Shown here: piece after piece, positions 14,678-22,133 of the stretch | Layout of the letters: each line of letters begins with the position of its first letter | How positions within the stretch are numbered: the stretch's first letter is position 1 | Source: Candidatus Saccharimonadota bacterium | Lineage (GTDB): Archaea; Micrarchaeota; Micrarchaeia; Micrarchaeales; Micrarchaeaceae | Reading direction: 5' to 3' | DNA: 32,000 nucleotides | Assembly: GCF_002214165.1 (NCBI RefSeq) | Contig: NZ_CP019964.1 | Coordinates: 690,001 to 722,000, forward strand | The notes under the pieces: model-generated | The model's database searches: none | What the model saw: the letters and a program-made list of their open reading frames with translations, nothing else | What the model was told of the DNA's origin: nothing | Made by a program: the position numbers and the translations under genes

Positions 14678-16465
14678 ATGATCAATATGGCAACGTTAAC
14701 TGATGCTAAATTAAATTCCAAAGTTGAGATTACAGGAATCTCATTCTCATTAGGAAGCTATTCTATATCAAGCAGGGATAAGGTAAGTTCTATCGTTGAT
14801 AGCAGTAGGCTTAAGGATGAGACAGACAAGGTTGTGCTTGGGCTTGGAATAAACCGCACGAGCGTTGCCGCAAAAGGCGAAGATGTGATAACGAATGCGG
14901 CACTTGCGATAATAAAGCTTATAGTATCTTACAATGTTGATACCTCAAAGGTATCGAATGTGGTTATAGCAACTGAAACTCCTCACGATATATCACAGAG
15001 CATGGCAAACCCCGTATTGAAATTGACAAACAAGCTTATAGACAAGCTAAACAACAATGGATACAACATAAAGCATCTTAATCCCGAGATAGGAATGCAT
15101 GTGCAATCCGCCTGCACATCGGCCGGATCTGCTATATCAAGTTATGCAATAAATGGGCTCAGTGGATATGCGATAATAGTTGCAACAGACAATGCAGAGT
15201 ATAAGCTCGGAACTGCTGCAGATGAAACAGGAGGTTTTGGATCAGTTGCGGTGTTGCTTGAGCCATATGAGAAAGGCAAAAAAGGGATAGTTCTTCTTGA
15301 TAAAATAGGGCATTACTCTGATGAGGTTCCCGATTTCATAAAGGTTATCTTTGATGACAATTATTCGTCTTCTGGGCTAAGCTTGGTGGCCAGATATCCG
15401 ATAGTTTTTGGCAAATTCTCAGAAGAGGCTTATTCCCTTGCCATATTTGAGGCTCTTAAAAGGATATCTGAGAATACCGGAATACCTATAAATAACCGGA
15501 AGATGCTTGAGAGCTATGACCTAATATCACATCTTCCATATCCGAAGATACCTGAAAAGCTGCTTGCATATCTTATAAGGCACTTGAGCAGGACTGACAG
15601 CAGCTTGAAAGAGGATCTTTCTGTTGATTTGGGCATCCTCAATTCTTCAGGCACGATGTTAAAAGAGAGCTTTCTTCCTGGATTCGACAGTTTGGAAGAC
15701 GAGTTCAAATTTATAATAAAATTTGAGAGCCTTTACAACAATGCTGTCGGCCTTTCTTCCGAGATAAAAGGCAGGATGTCTGAGAGGAAGAATGAGATGG
15801 ATTCATTTTTAAATGCAGGAAATACCAAGGATGAAGTGAAAAGCATAATCTGGGAAATCGAAAACATAAGTTCGGAATTCGAATCAAATACGGATATATT
15901 GGAATTGCTTGGAAATTGCAAGGAATCTTTCTTGATGCTATTGGAAAGTGATAAGATTGGCGAAAAGGACATAGAAAATGCCTTCAAGCCAATAATGGAT
16001 GTCATAAACGAATTTGAAAAAGAGGACAATGTATATAACAAGAGCATACGGTCGTCAAAAATATTCAAGCAGATAAAAGAGGAGCTACACATAGAGGAAG
16101 CTGTGAAGCTTTCAAAGGAGATAGGCAATATATACACAGGCTCAATATTGATAGGGTTGGTTAGCTATCTAACCAACGTTAAAAAGCCTAAGAACAACCT
16201 TCTGCTGACATTTTATGGAAGCGGATTTGAGTCGTATGTGATAGAGGCAATTCCTAATATAGATGAAAACTTTATCTCCCTGCTTGACAGGAATGTAGAG
16301 AATGAATTTGCAAGGCAGAGGATAATAGATGGGGAGACTTATATAAAAATAAGAAAAAACGCGTATGATGATGCCAAAATACCACTGTCAAGGGACAACA
16401 TATTCAGGGTAGATTTCATAAATGAAGGGGAATTCCTTGATGAGATTAAAAAATATAAAAATTAG
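14678..16465 (+). CDS. HMG-CoA-synthase-like thiolase-fold enzyme with a large internal insertion (595 aa)
   Basis: Blocks match the bacterial/eukaryal-type HMGS pattern: LGLGINRTSVA, GEDVITNAA, VVIATETPHDISQS (Glu), HVQSACTSAGSAI (Cys), IIVATDNAEYKLGTAADETGGFGSVAVLLEP, LISHLPYPKIPEK (His), EIGNIYTGSILIGLVSYL, LLTFYGSGFES. Confidence 0.75.
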   Translation: MINMATLTDAKLNSKVEITGISFSLGSYSISSRDKVSSIVDSSRLKDETDKVVLGLGINRTSVAAKGEDVITNAALAIIKLIVSYNVDTSKVSNVVIATETPHDISQSMANPVLKLTNKLIDKLNNNGYNIKHLNPEIGMHVQSACTSAGSAISSYAINGLSGYAIIVATDNAEYKLGTAADETGGFGSVAVLLEPYEKGKKGIVLLDKIGHYSDEVPDFIKVIFDDNYSSSGLSLVARYPIVFGKFSEEAYSLAIFEALKRISENTGIPINNRKMLESYDLISHLPYPKIPEKLLAYLIRHLSRTDSSLKEDLSVDLGILNSSGTMLKESFLPGFDSLEDEFKFIIKFESLYNNAVGLSSEIKGRMSERKNEMDSFLNAGNTKDEVKSIIWEIENISSEFESNTDILELLGNCKESFLMLLESDKIGEKDIENAFKPIMDVINEFEKEDNVYNKSIRSSKIFKQIKEELHIEEAVKLSKEIGNIYTGSILIGLVSYLTNVKKPKNNLLLTFYGSGFESYVIEAIPNIDENFISLLDRNVENEFARQRIIDGETYIKIRKNAYDDAKIPLSRDNIFRVDFINEGEFLDEIKKYKN

Positions 16466-16945
16466 TTATTTTAATATTTTACTTTTCGGAGCTTTGTATT
16501 TGTACCTTGCTTTAAGATCCGGGAATGCCTTGAGCATCGTAGGCAATTCTATATCTGCGCTCAATTTCATGTACTTCAATGACTTGTCTAAGAGATAGGA
16601 TTTTGCAAATGGCACTACAACTTGTGTCTTGCAGGCTTTTGACAAGCTGTCCTTTACCTGTTTTGTGTCAATTAAAGAAGCAAGCTTAGGCAAGCCCTTG
16701 TATCCTGATCCTGACTGCTTTGCTAGATTTTTAGCCAAAGAATCTATTGAGTTTATATCTATGCCTAAAAATTTGTACACCTTTGAATCTATTGAAGATT
16801 CTATTGAAGCTAAATTATAGACTACTTCTTCGGGGGTTACCTTATCATCAATTGATAACCTCTTTATCGCAACCCAATCATTATATTTTACTGAGAAGTC
16901 AATATAATTATCCGGTTTACCATCCATGATATCACTTCTGGACAA
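16466..16945 (-). CDS. Hypothetical protein (159 aa), Lys-rich C-terminus
   Basis: ORF only; I recognise no motif. It overlaps the upstream small wHTH gene by 14 nt and abuts the convergent HMGS-like stop. Confidence 0.5.
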   Translation of the reverse strand: MSRSDIMDGKPDNYIDFSVKYNDWVAIKRLSIDDKVTPEEVVYNLASIESSIDSKVYKFLGIDINSIDSLAKNLAKQSGSGYKGLPKLASLIDTKQVKDSLSKACKTQVVVPFAKSYLLDKSLKYMKLSADIELPTMLKAFPDLKARYKYKAPKSKILK

Positions 16946-17150
16946 TGTAGTAGCCTGCCACCTTCTCCCTTGCTACTCTCTTTATCAAGCCTTTCTGTGT
17001 CAGTGTAATCAATGAATTTGTTACAAGACCCTTTGGCCTGCTGCATTTTTTAGCTATATCGTCCGCGGTCTTTATTGATGTTTCCTTGGTGGCACCCATT
17101 GACTGCATCACGTCAACTATCAATTGCTCTATATTAGATAATTCTGCCAT
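16932..17150 (-). CDS. Small winged-helix DNA-binding-like protein (72 aa)
   Basis: The track ORF 16932..17285 is trimmed to Met46 (ATG at 17150), because its upstream 45 codons read out of frame across rpl40e. TADDIAKKCSRPKGLVTNSLITLTQKGLIKRV..GYYIV looks like HTH plus wing. Confidence 0.55.
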   Translation of the reverse strand: MAELSNIEQLIVDVMQSMGATKETSIKTADDIAKKCSRPKGLVTNSLITLTQKGLIKRVAREKVAGYYIVQK

Positions 17151-17154
17151 TATA

Positions 17155-17307
17155 TCACTTTTTAACTCTAGTATCTTTTCTCTTTGGCCTAAGGTATTTA
17201 GATCCGCACTTCCTGCACTTCTCTGCTCCTGCCTTGTTCCTGGCTTTGCATTTCTTGCAAACCCAAATCTTTGATAATGCTGCATCAGCTACTGCAAATT
17301 TTCCCAT
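17155..17307 (-). CDS. rpl40e: Ribosomal protein eL40 (L40e), 50 aa
   Basis: My manual translation of the minus strand gives MGKFAVADAALSKIWVCKKCKARNKAGAEKCRKCGSKYLRPKRKDTRVKK*. The CxxC..CxxC zinc ribbon and basic tail are typical of archaeal L40e. It is below the ORF-track cutoff. Confidence 0.85.
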   Translation of the reverse strand: MGKFAVADAALSKIWVCKKCKARNKAGAEKCRKCGSKYLRPKRKDTRVKK

Positions 17308-17444
17308 AATAAGCACCTTAATTGTATCTGCTTTTTAAAATCAAATATTTAATACGTTGTGTTTTTAATAATTTGACAGTTATAATTATCAGGTAAAATT
17401 TAAAAATATATCAGGTATAACAGTGGGATTTATTCGGTGTAATT

Positions 17445-18506
17445 ATGGCAAAAATTTATGTTTTAAGGTTAGGGCACAGGCCAAAAAGGGATAAGAGGGT
17501 GACTACGCATGTTGGGCTTGTTGCAAGAACCTTCGGCGCTGACAGATTTGTTCTTGTTGGGTCGGACAGCAAAGTAGTATCTGGGCTAAATAGTGTATCG
17601 AATAGATGGGGAGATGGAAAATTTGAAGCTACTTCTACTAAAGACGCGAAAAAATATGTTGAGCAATGGAAAAAATCTGGAGGTATTATTGTACACCTTA
17701 CAATGTATGGCTTGAACTTGTCTGGATTTGATATGAACAAGGTTAGAGGCAAAGACTTATTGGTTGTAGTAGGTGCTGAAAAAGTTGAACCTTGGTATTA
17801 TGAGAATGCTGATTATAATATCGCAGTTGCCAATCAGCCGCACAGTGAAGTTTCCGCATTGGCCATGTTTCTTGATAGGTATTATCAGGGAAGGGAACTT
17901 GATAAAGGTTATACCTCAAAGCTTTCGATAAAACCGATGGAAAATGGCAAATATGTGACTTTAATACCTAATGAGTTGGAATGCATCGATATACTCAAAA
18001 ATGAAAAGGTAGATGATAAATTGCTGCTCCATTCAAAGGCTGTTTATGAATTGGCTGTTGAAATTGGAAAGAGGGCCAACGCAAACCTTAATCTTATAAC
18101 AGCAGGTGCATTGCTTCATGACATAGGCAGGAGCAAGGCAAATGGCTTGGATCATGGGCACATAGGGGCAGAGATCCTAAGGAAAAAGAGGGTAAATGAG
18201 AAGGTTGCAAGAATAGTGGAAAGGCATATAGGAGCTGGATTGACAAAAGAGGATGTGGTAAAAAATGGCCTATACATACCTAAAAAGAACTATGTCCCGA
18301 TCACATATGTCCCGATCACATTGGAGGAAAAGATAGTGGCGGAAGCTAACAACCTTATTTATGGCTCAAAAAGAGTAAGAATAGAAAAAACGATTGAACG
18401 TTATAAAAAAGAGGGGTTGAATAACTCAGCTGAACACATATTGAAGCTCCATAAGGAACTATCAAAAAAGTGCAAAATTGACTTGGACGACCTGTGTACG
18501 GATTAA
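17445..18506 (+). CDS. trm56: tRNA Cm56 2'-O-methyltransferase (aTrm56, SPOUT) fused to a C-terminal HD-domain phosphohydrolase (353 aa)
   Basis: N-terminal VLRLGHRPKRDKRVTTHVGLVARTFGAD .. HLTMYG .. VVVGAEKV .. ADYNIAVANQPHSEVSALA is the aTrm56 pattern. The C-terminal half has H..(x27)..LLHDIGRS .. ERHIGAG (HD/HDIG-type). Confidence 0.8.
   Translation: MAKIYVLRLGHRPKRDKRVTTHVGLVARTFGADRFVLVGSDSKVVSGLNSVSNRWGDGKFEATSTKDAKKYVEQWKKSGGIIVHLTMYGLNLSGFDMNKVRGKDLLVVVGAEKVEPWYYENADYNIAVANQPHSEVSALAMFLDRYYQGRELDKGYTSKLSIKPMENGKYVTLIPNELECIDILKNEKVDDKLLLHSKAVYELAVEIGKRANANLNLITAGALLHDIGRSKANGLDHGHIGAEILRKKRVNEKVARIVERHIGAGLTKEDVVKNGLYIPKKNYVPITYVPITLEEKIVAEANNLIYGSKRVRIEKTIERYKKEGLNNSAEHILKLHKELSKKCKIDLDDLCTD
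18291..18320 (+). repeat. Perfect in-frame 15-bp tandem duplication inside the HD domain
   Basis: TATGTCCCGATCACA occurs at 18291-18305 and again at 18306-18320, encoding YVPIT-YVPIT. Confidence 0.95.
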
Positions 18507-18540
18507 ACAATTTTAAAGGATGAGAAAAGAGGAGCGCTGT

Positions 18541-18846
18541 TCACTCCAAATCTATTCCAGAAGCTTTGTACCCTATATTTATCAATGCTTTCTTAGTCGC
18601 TTCCCTGTGGTCTCCCTGAAGTTCTATCTGGTTCCCTTTATAGGTACCTCCGCACGCCAATAACCTTTTCAGGTCTTTTGTCGTCTCTTCTATTGAATTC
18701 GCAGCTATCCCTTCAATCACAGTCATTACTTTATTGAATTTTGCTTTCTTTTTATAGATCTTTATTTTAGTTTCCGTCTCTTTATCTAAGACATCACAAA
18801 CACAAAGCTCTTTGGGCAGCCCACATTTAGGGCAGATTTCTGACAT
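18541..18846 (-). CDS. sui1: Translation initiation factor aIF1 (SUI1 family)
   Basis: 101 aa. N-terminal CPKCGLPKELCVC zinc knuckle plus TVIEGI .. LKRLLACGGTYKGNQIELQGDHRE, a typical SUI1 core. Confidence 0.9.
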   Translation of the reverse strand: MSEICPKCGLPKELCVCDVLDKETETKIKIYKKKAKFNKVMTVIEGIAANSIEETTKDLKRLLACGGTYKGNQIELQGDHREATKKALINIGYKASGIDLE

Positions 18847-18848
18847 CT

Positions 18849-19052
18849 TTATTTTGCACCTCTTTCATTGAGAATCGTGAGTATGCGTGCTATAGTTCTC
18901 TTTATATCCCTTATTTTTACGACTTTGCTTGACACTCCTGTAGCTGCAATCTTCCTCTTCTCGATAGCTTCCTCTAAATTCAAATCATCCAACTTGGTTT
19001 TTAGCTCTTTGTCAGATAATCCTCTAAGTTCTTTTGCTTTTATAATAAGCAC
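18849..19052 (-). CDS. rpl29: Ribosomal protein uL29
   Basis: KAKELRGLSDKELKTKLDDLNLE .. IRDIKRTIARILTILNE is the L29 pattern. It lies 2 nt upstream of SUI1. The GTG start is embedded in GAGGTG, so the exact start is uncertain. Confidence 0.85.
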   Translation of the reverse strand: MLIIKAKELRGLSDKELKTKLDDLNLEEAIEKRKIAATGVSSKVVKIRDIKRTIARILTILNERGAK

Positions 19053-19309
19053 CTCTTATTTAACTTTTTAATATTATTAATATTAATACTTTTCGCTTTT
19101 GCAATTGCGGACCTCCCGACTGCATCGGCCCAAAGCACACCCTTTTGGTATAAAACTTTTTATATTTAATTTCTCATTGCAAATGCGGTGATTTATTGCA
19201 CATTTTACAATCAAATTAGTTGATGTAATAGAAAAGTATAAATACATTTTCTTACAATCTTTTTTAAGTCGATGGTTGAAAAGTCATATTGCTACTTTTC
19301 CCGCGGTTA

Positions 19310-19328
19310 CTGCAGAGGTGCAGGAGGG
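19310..19328 (+). promoter_or_regulatory. Leader hairpin abutting the rpl1 Shine-Dalgarno
   Basis: CTGCA (19310-19314) pairs with TGCAG (19319-19323) around a GAGG loop. It runs directly into GGAGGG (19323-19328), 5 nt before ATG 19334. Confidence 0.25.
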
Positions 19329-19333
19329 ATTCG

Positions 19334-19966
19334 ATGGAAAAAGATATGAAAGATAAAATAGCCACCTTATTGGAAGAAAATAAGGGGAAGAGAAAATTCA
19401 CACAAAGTGTCGAAGCGGCGGTAAATTTCAGGAATGTTGATTTCACAAAGAATGTGAACAGGCTTAACATAGAGATAAAGCTGCGCAACGGCACAGGCAA
19501 AGTGAATAAGGTAGCGGTATTCGCCGATGATCCTTCTATAGCTGACAAGGCAAAGGAATTGGGTGCCACAATAATAAGCAAGTCAGAACTTACATCTGTT
19601 GCTGGAGATAAATCCAGAATGAATGAGCTGCTAAGTTACAACCTTCTTGCACAGCCAAATCTGATGCCTGATATAGCAAAGGCTTTAGGTCAGTTCTTAG
19701 GGCCTAAGAACAAAATGCCAAGGCCTCTTATAGGACTTGATGTGGCAGAAGTTATAAAAGGTTCTGGAAACTCGATTTTCATAAGATCTAAAGGCAAGTA
19801 CTTACCAACGATTAACTGCTTGATAGGAAATGAAAAAATGAGTGCGGACCAGATAGCGGAGAATGTGGATTCTGTTGTAGATGCACTGGCAAAGAAAGTA
19901 GGGAAGCAGAACATAAAATCCATATATGTAAAACTTACCATGAGCAAGCCAGTAAGGCTGCTTTGA
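19334..19966 (+). CDS. rpl1: Ribosomal protein uL1
   Basis: The L1 pattern is present (FTQSVEAAVNF .. KVAVFA .. LGQFLGPKNKMPRP). The start is moved from the track's 19289 to ATG 19334, which has a GGAGGG SD. Confidence 0.9.
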   Translation: MEKDMKDKIATLLEENKGKRKFTQSVEAAVNFRNVDFTKNVNRLNIEIKLRNGTGKVNKVAVFADDPSIADKAKELGATIISKSELTSVAGDKSRMNELLSYNLLAQPNLMPDIAKALGQFLGPKNKMPRPLIGLDVAEVIKGSGNSIFIRSKGKYLPTINCLIGNEKMSADQIAENVDSVVDALAKKVGKQNIKSIYVKLTMSKPVRLL

Positions 19967-19976
19967 GGTGTTCATC

Positions 19977-20810
19977 ATGTTAACTAAGCAGGATAAAGAG
20001 AAATTTGTAAAAGAAGGAGTAGAAAAAATAAAAAAATACAAGGTGGTCGGAGTATTGCCTTTGAACAGCATACCGGACAGCTTGCTGCAGTCATCAAGAA
20101 ATAAACTTAGGTCAGATATAAACTTCATAATAGGCAAAAAGAGCCTGCTAACCATGATACTTGAAAGTTCAGAGGAAACAAAGAAGCTTGAATCTGAATT
20201 GAAGGGAACATCTGCAATAATATTAAGCAATGAGAACCCGTTTGAGCTTTATAAGAGATTCTCGGCAAACTCAATGAAATTGGCGGCAAAGCCAAACCAG
20301 AAAGCAATAGATGACATTAATATAGCTGAAGGTGAAACATCGCTTCAGCCAGGTCAGGGTGTCACGGAGCTTAAAAGTGCTGGCATTGATGTAAAGATAG
20401 ACAAAGGAAAGGTAGTTATATCAAAGAGCAAAGTGCTTGTCAAAAAAGGGGATACCATAAGCAATTTGGTTGCGAAGGCATTGCATACGCTCGATATGAA
20501 GCCATTTACAGCAACCCTTGTCCCGTCTGCAATAATGTATGAGCACTTAAAGTTCGGCAGGGAAGCGCTTAGCATAACTTCAGATAGCCTGAAAATTGAC
20601 ATAGCCCATGCATTCAGTGCGGCTTACAACTTAAGCTTGGACGCTGGATTCATAAACCTGTACACGATAAAGCCAATGATCAGCAAAGCTTATACAGAAG
20701 CTATGGCATTGGGGATAAATGCAAAGATTTATGATACAGGGATAACTGAAAAGCTTCTCGAGATAGCAGCTGCAGAAGCAAAGAGCTTGAACGAGAAAGT
20801 TGGAGAGTGA
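19977..20810 (+). CDS. rplP0: Ribosomal stalk protein uL10 (P0), short form without an acidic C-terminal tail (277 aa)
   Basis: N-terminal L10/P0 pattern (IPDSLLQSSRNKLRSDINFIIGKKSLL). SD GAGGTG at 19965-19970. The protein ends ..AAAEAKSLNEKVGE* with stops in all frames just downstream. Confidence 0.85.
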   Translation: MLTKQDKEKFVKEGVEKIKKYKVVGVLPLNSIPDSLLQSSRNKLRSDINFIIGKKSLLTMILESSEETKKLESELKGTSAIILSNENPFELYKRFSANSMKLAAKPNQKAIDDINIAEGETSLQPGQGVTELKSAGIDVKIDKGKVVISKSKVLVKKGDTISNLVAKALHTLDMKPFTATLVPSAIMYEHLKFGREALSITSDSLKIDIAHAFSAAYNLSLDAGFINLYTIKPMISKAYTEAMALGINAKIYDTGITEKLLEIAAAEAKSLNEKVGE

Positions 20811-20862
20811 TATTTAAATTTTTTATTTTGTAAATATGTTTTAGATACTAAAGGTGAAATAA

Positions 20863-21171
20863 ATGGAATATGTATATGCGGCAATGCTGCTTAACGCAGC
20901 CGGCAAGGATATAAGCGAACAGAGTATGACAGAAGTTATAAAGGCTGCTGGATTGACTCCAGACGAAGCCAAAGTAAAATCTGTTGTTGAGTCCCTAAAA
21001 GGAGTGGACATAAAGAGCGTAATAGAGAATGCACAGTCGATGCAGGTTGCAGCAGCCCCAGGAAAAGCGGAAGCAAAGGCAGAAGGGAAGAAGGAGTCCA
21101 AAGCAGAAGCAAAGAGCGAGGCAAAGAGCGAAGAGGAAGCAGCAGGCGGATTGGCTGGATTGTTCGGATGA
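20863..21171 (+). CDS. rpl12: Ribosomal stalk protein P1 (L12e)
   Basis: MEYVYAAMLL start, an Ala/Lys/Glu hinge, and the conserved tail EEEAAGGLAGLFG. Confidence 0.95.
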   Translation: MEYVYAAMLLNAAGKDISEQSMTEVIKAAGLTPDEAKVKSVVESLKGVDIKSVIENAQSMQVAAAPGKAEAKAEGKKESKAEAKSEAKSEEEAAGGLAGLFG

Positions 21172-21185
21172 ATTAAAAGCTAAAG

Positions 21186-21212
21186 TTTATTTGTTTTGTT
21201 TGCTTTAATTTT
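21186..21212 (+). terminator. Oligo-T tract after the rpl1-P0-P1 unit
   Basis: TTTATTTGTTTTGTTTGCTTTAATTTT lies 15 nt after the P1 stop. Archaeal termination commonly occurs at T-runs. It overlaps a TATA-like TTTTATTATAATTAAA. Confidence 0.3.
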
Positions 21213-21223
21213 ATTATAATTAA

Positions 21224-21841
21224 ATGCGTGTTTTCGTGAAGGACACTGAAATAGTCATGCCAGGAGACAAATTAGCTACAGAGGAAGAATTCTTACCCGA
21301 GAGAGGAATATTCAATGAGAATGGGTACCTATTTTCTTTGTTAGTCGGAGACTTGTTTTTAGGGAGAGGAAAGATAGGTGTGAAGCCGCTTCTGCGTGAC
21401 ATAAGGACATTCAAGGAGGAGAATGTTGTGATCTGCATGATAACCGATCTGCTTCCTTCAATAGCATTCACTTCAGTGAGCAGCATTAGGCTTAATGGCA
21501 AGGACTATGTAGCCCTGAAGGAAGGCAAGATAATAAATCCAAGCGAGCGTGGCCATTATGGCAGTTCTAAGAAATTGAATTTCTCCGATTACAATGTAGG
21601 GGATGTGCTTTTGGCAAAGATAAAGTATAATGATGATGACTCCTATATGCTGGATATAGAGTCTTCTCCGGAACTTGGGGTATTATTCTCCGTATGCGAG
21701 GATTGCGGTGAACCGATGATTTACGATTCCAAGCTGCATATGCTCGCATGCTCAAAATGCAAACACGTGAACAATAAGGACGTGAGCACAGTATATGGCA
21801 GCATTGAAGAAGCTTTGAAAGTTATAGAAAAAAATCTGTGA
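21224..21841 (+). CDS. csl4: Exosome cap subunit Csl4
   Basis: VMPGDKLATEEEFLPERG N-terminus, a central S1-like region, and a C-terminal zinc ribbon CEDCGEPM..CSKCKH. The conserved csl4-rpoL neighbourhood is present. The start may instead be Met12 (nt 21257). Confidence 0.75.
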   Translation: MRVFVKDTEIVMPGDKLATEEEFLPERGIFNENGYLFSLLVGDLFLGRGKIGVKPLLRDIRTFKEENVVICMITDLLPSIAFTSVSSIRLNGKDYVALKEGKIINPSERGHYGSSKKLNFSDYNVGDVLLAKIKYNDDDSYMLDIESSPELGVLFSVCEDCGEPMIYDSKLHMLACSKCKHVNNKDVSTVYGSIEEALKVIEKNL

Positions 21842-21845
21842 TATT

Positions 21846-22109
21846 ATGGACTACAAAATACTTAAAGACGATGAAAATGAGCTGATGGTTGAATTTAATT
21901 CTCCAGATTTGACTATACCTGACCTTGTAGCAAATACCGCTCTTGAGGATTCAAAGGTCACTTTCGCAGGAGTGTACAAGGAGCACCCCGATGTAGGCAA
22001 CCCCCAGTTGGTCATAAAGACAAAGGGAGAGAAGGCGGCAGAAGCATTCAAGGGGGCTTTGAATAAGATAGAGTCAAGCATAAAGGATATGAAAAAGCAA
22101 TTGAAGTAA
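21846..22109 (+). CDS. rpoL: DNA-directed RNA polymerase subunit L (Rpo11)
   Basis: 87 aa. ..VTFAGVYKEHPDVGNPQLVIKT.. matches the RpoL core. The position after csl4 is typical. Confidence 0.75.
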   Translation: MDYKILKDDENELMVEFNSPDLTIPDLVANTALEDSKVTFAGVYKEHPDVGNPQLVIKTKGEKAAEAFKGALNKIESSIKDMKKQLK

Positions 22110-22133
22110 CTGCTTCTTAAGTGGTGCAGTACA

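Noticed and set aside
17151-17285. N-terminal 45 codons of the 117-aa track ORF 16932..17285
   Set aside because: This stretch is the rpl40e coding region read in the wrong frame.
19289-19333. 15-codon N-terminal extension of rpl1 (MLLFPRLLQRCRRDS)
   Set aside because: It is not L1-like. ATG 19334 has a strong GGAGGG SD, and L1 homology begins there.
21050-21135. Short tandem repeats GCAGAAGCAAAG / GCAAAGAGCGA in the P1 gene
   Set aside because: They encode the low-complexity Ala/Lys/Glu hinge typical of stalk proteins and are not a regulatory or CRISPR-like repeat.
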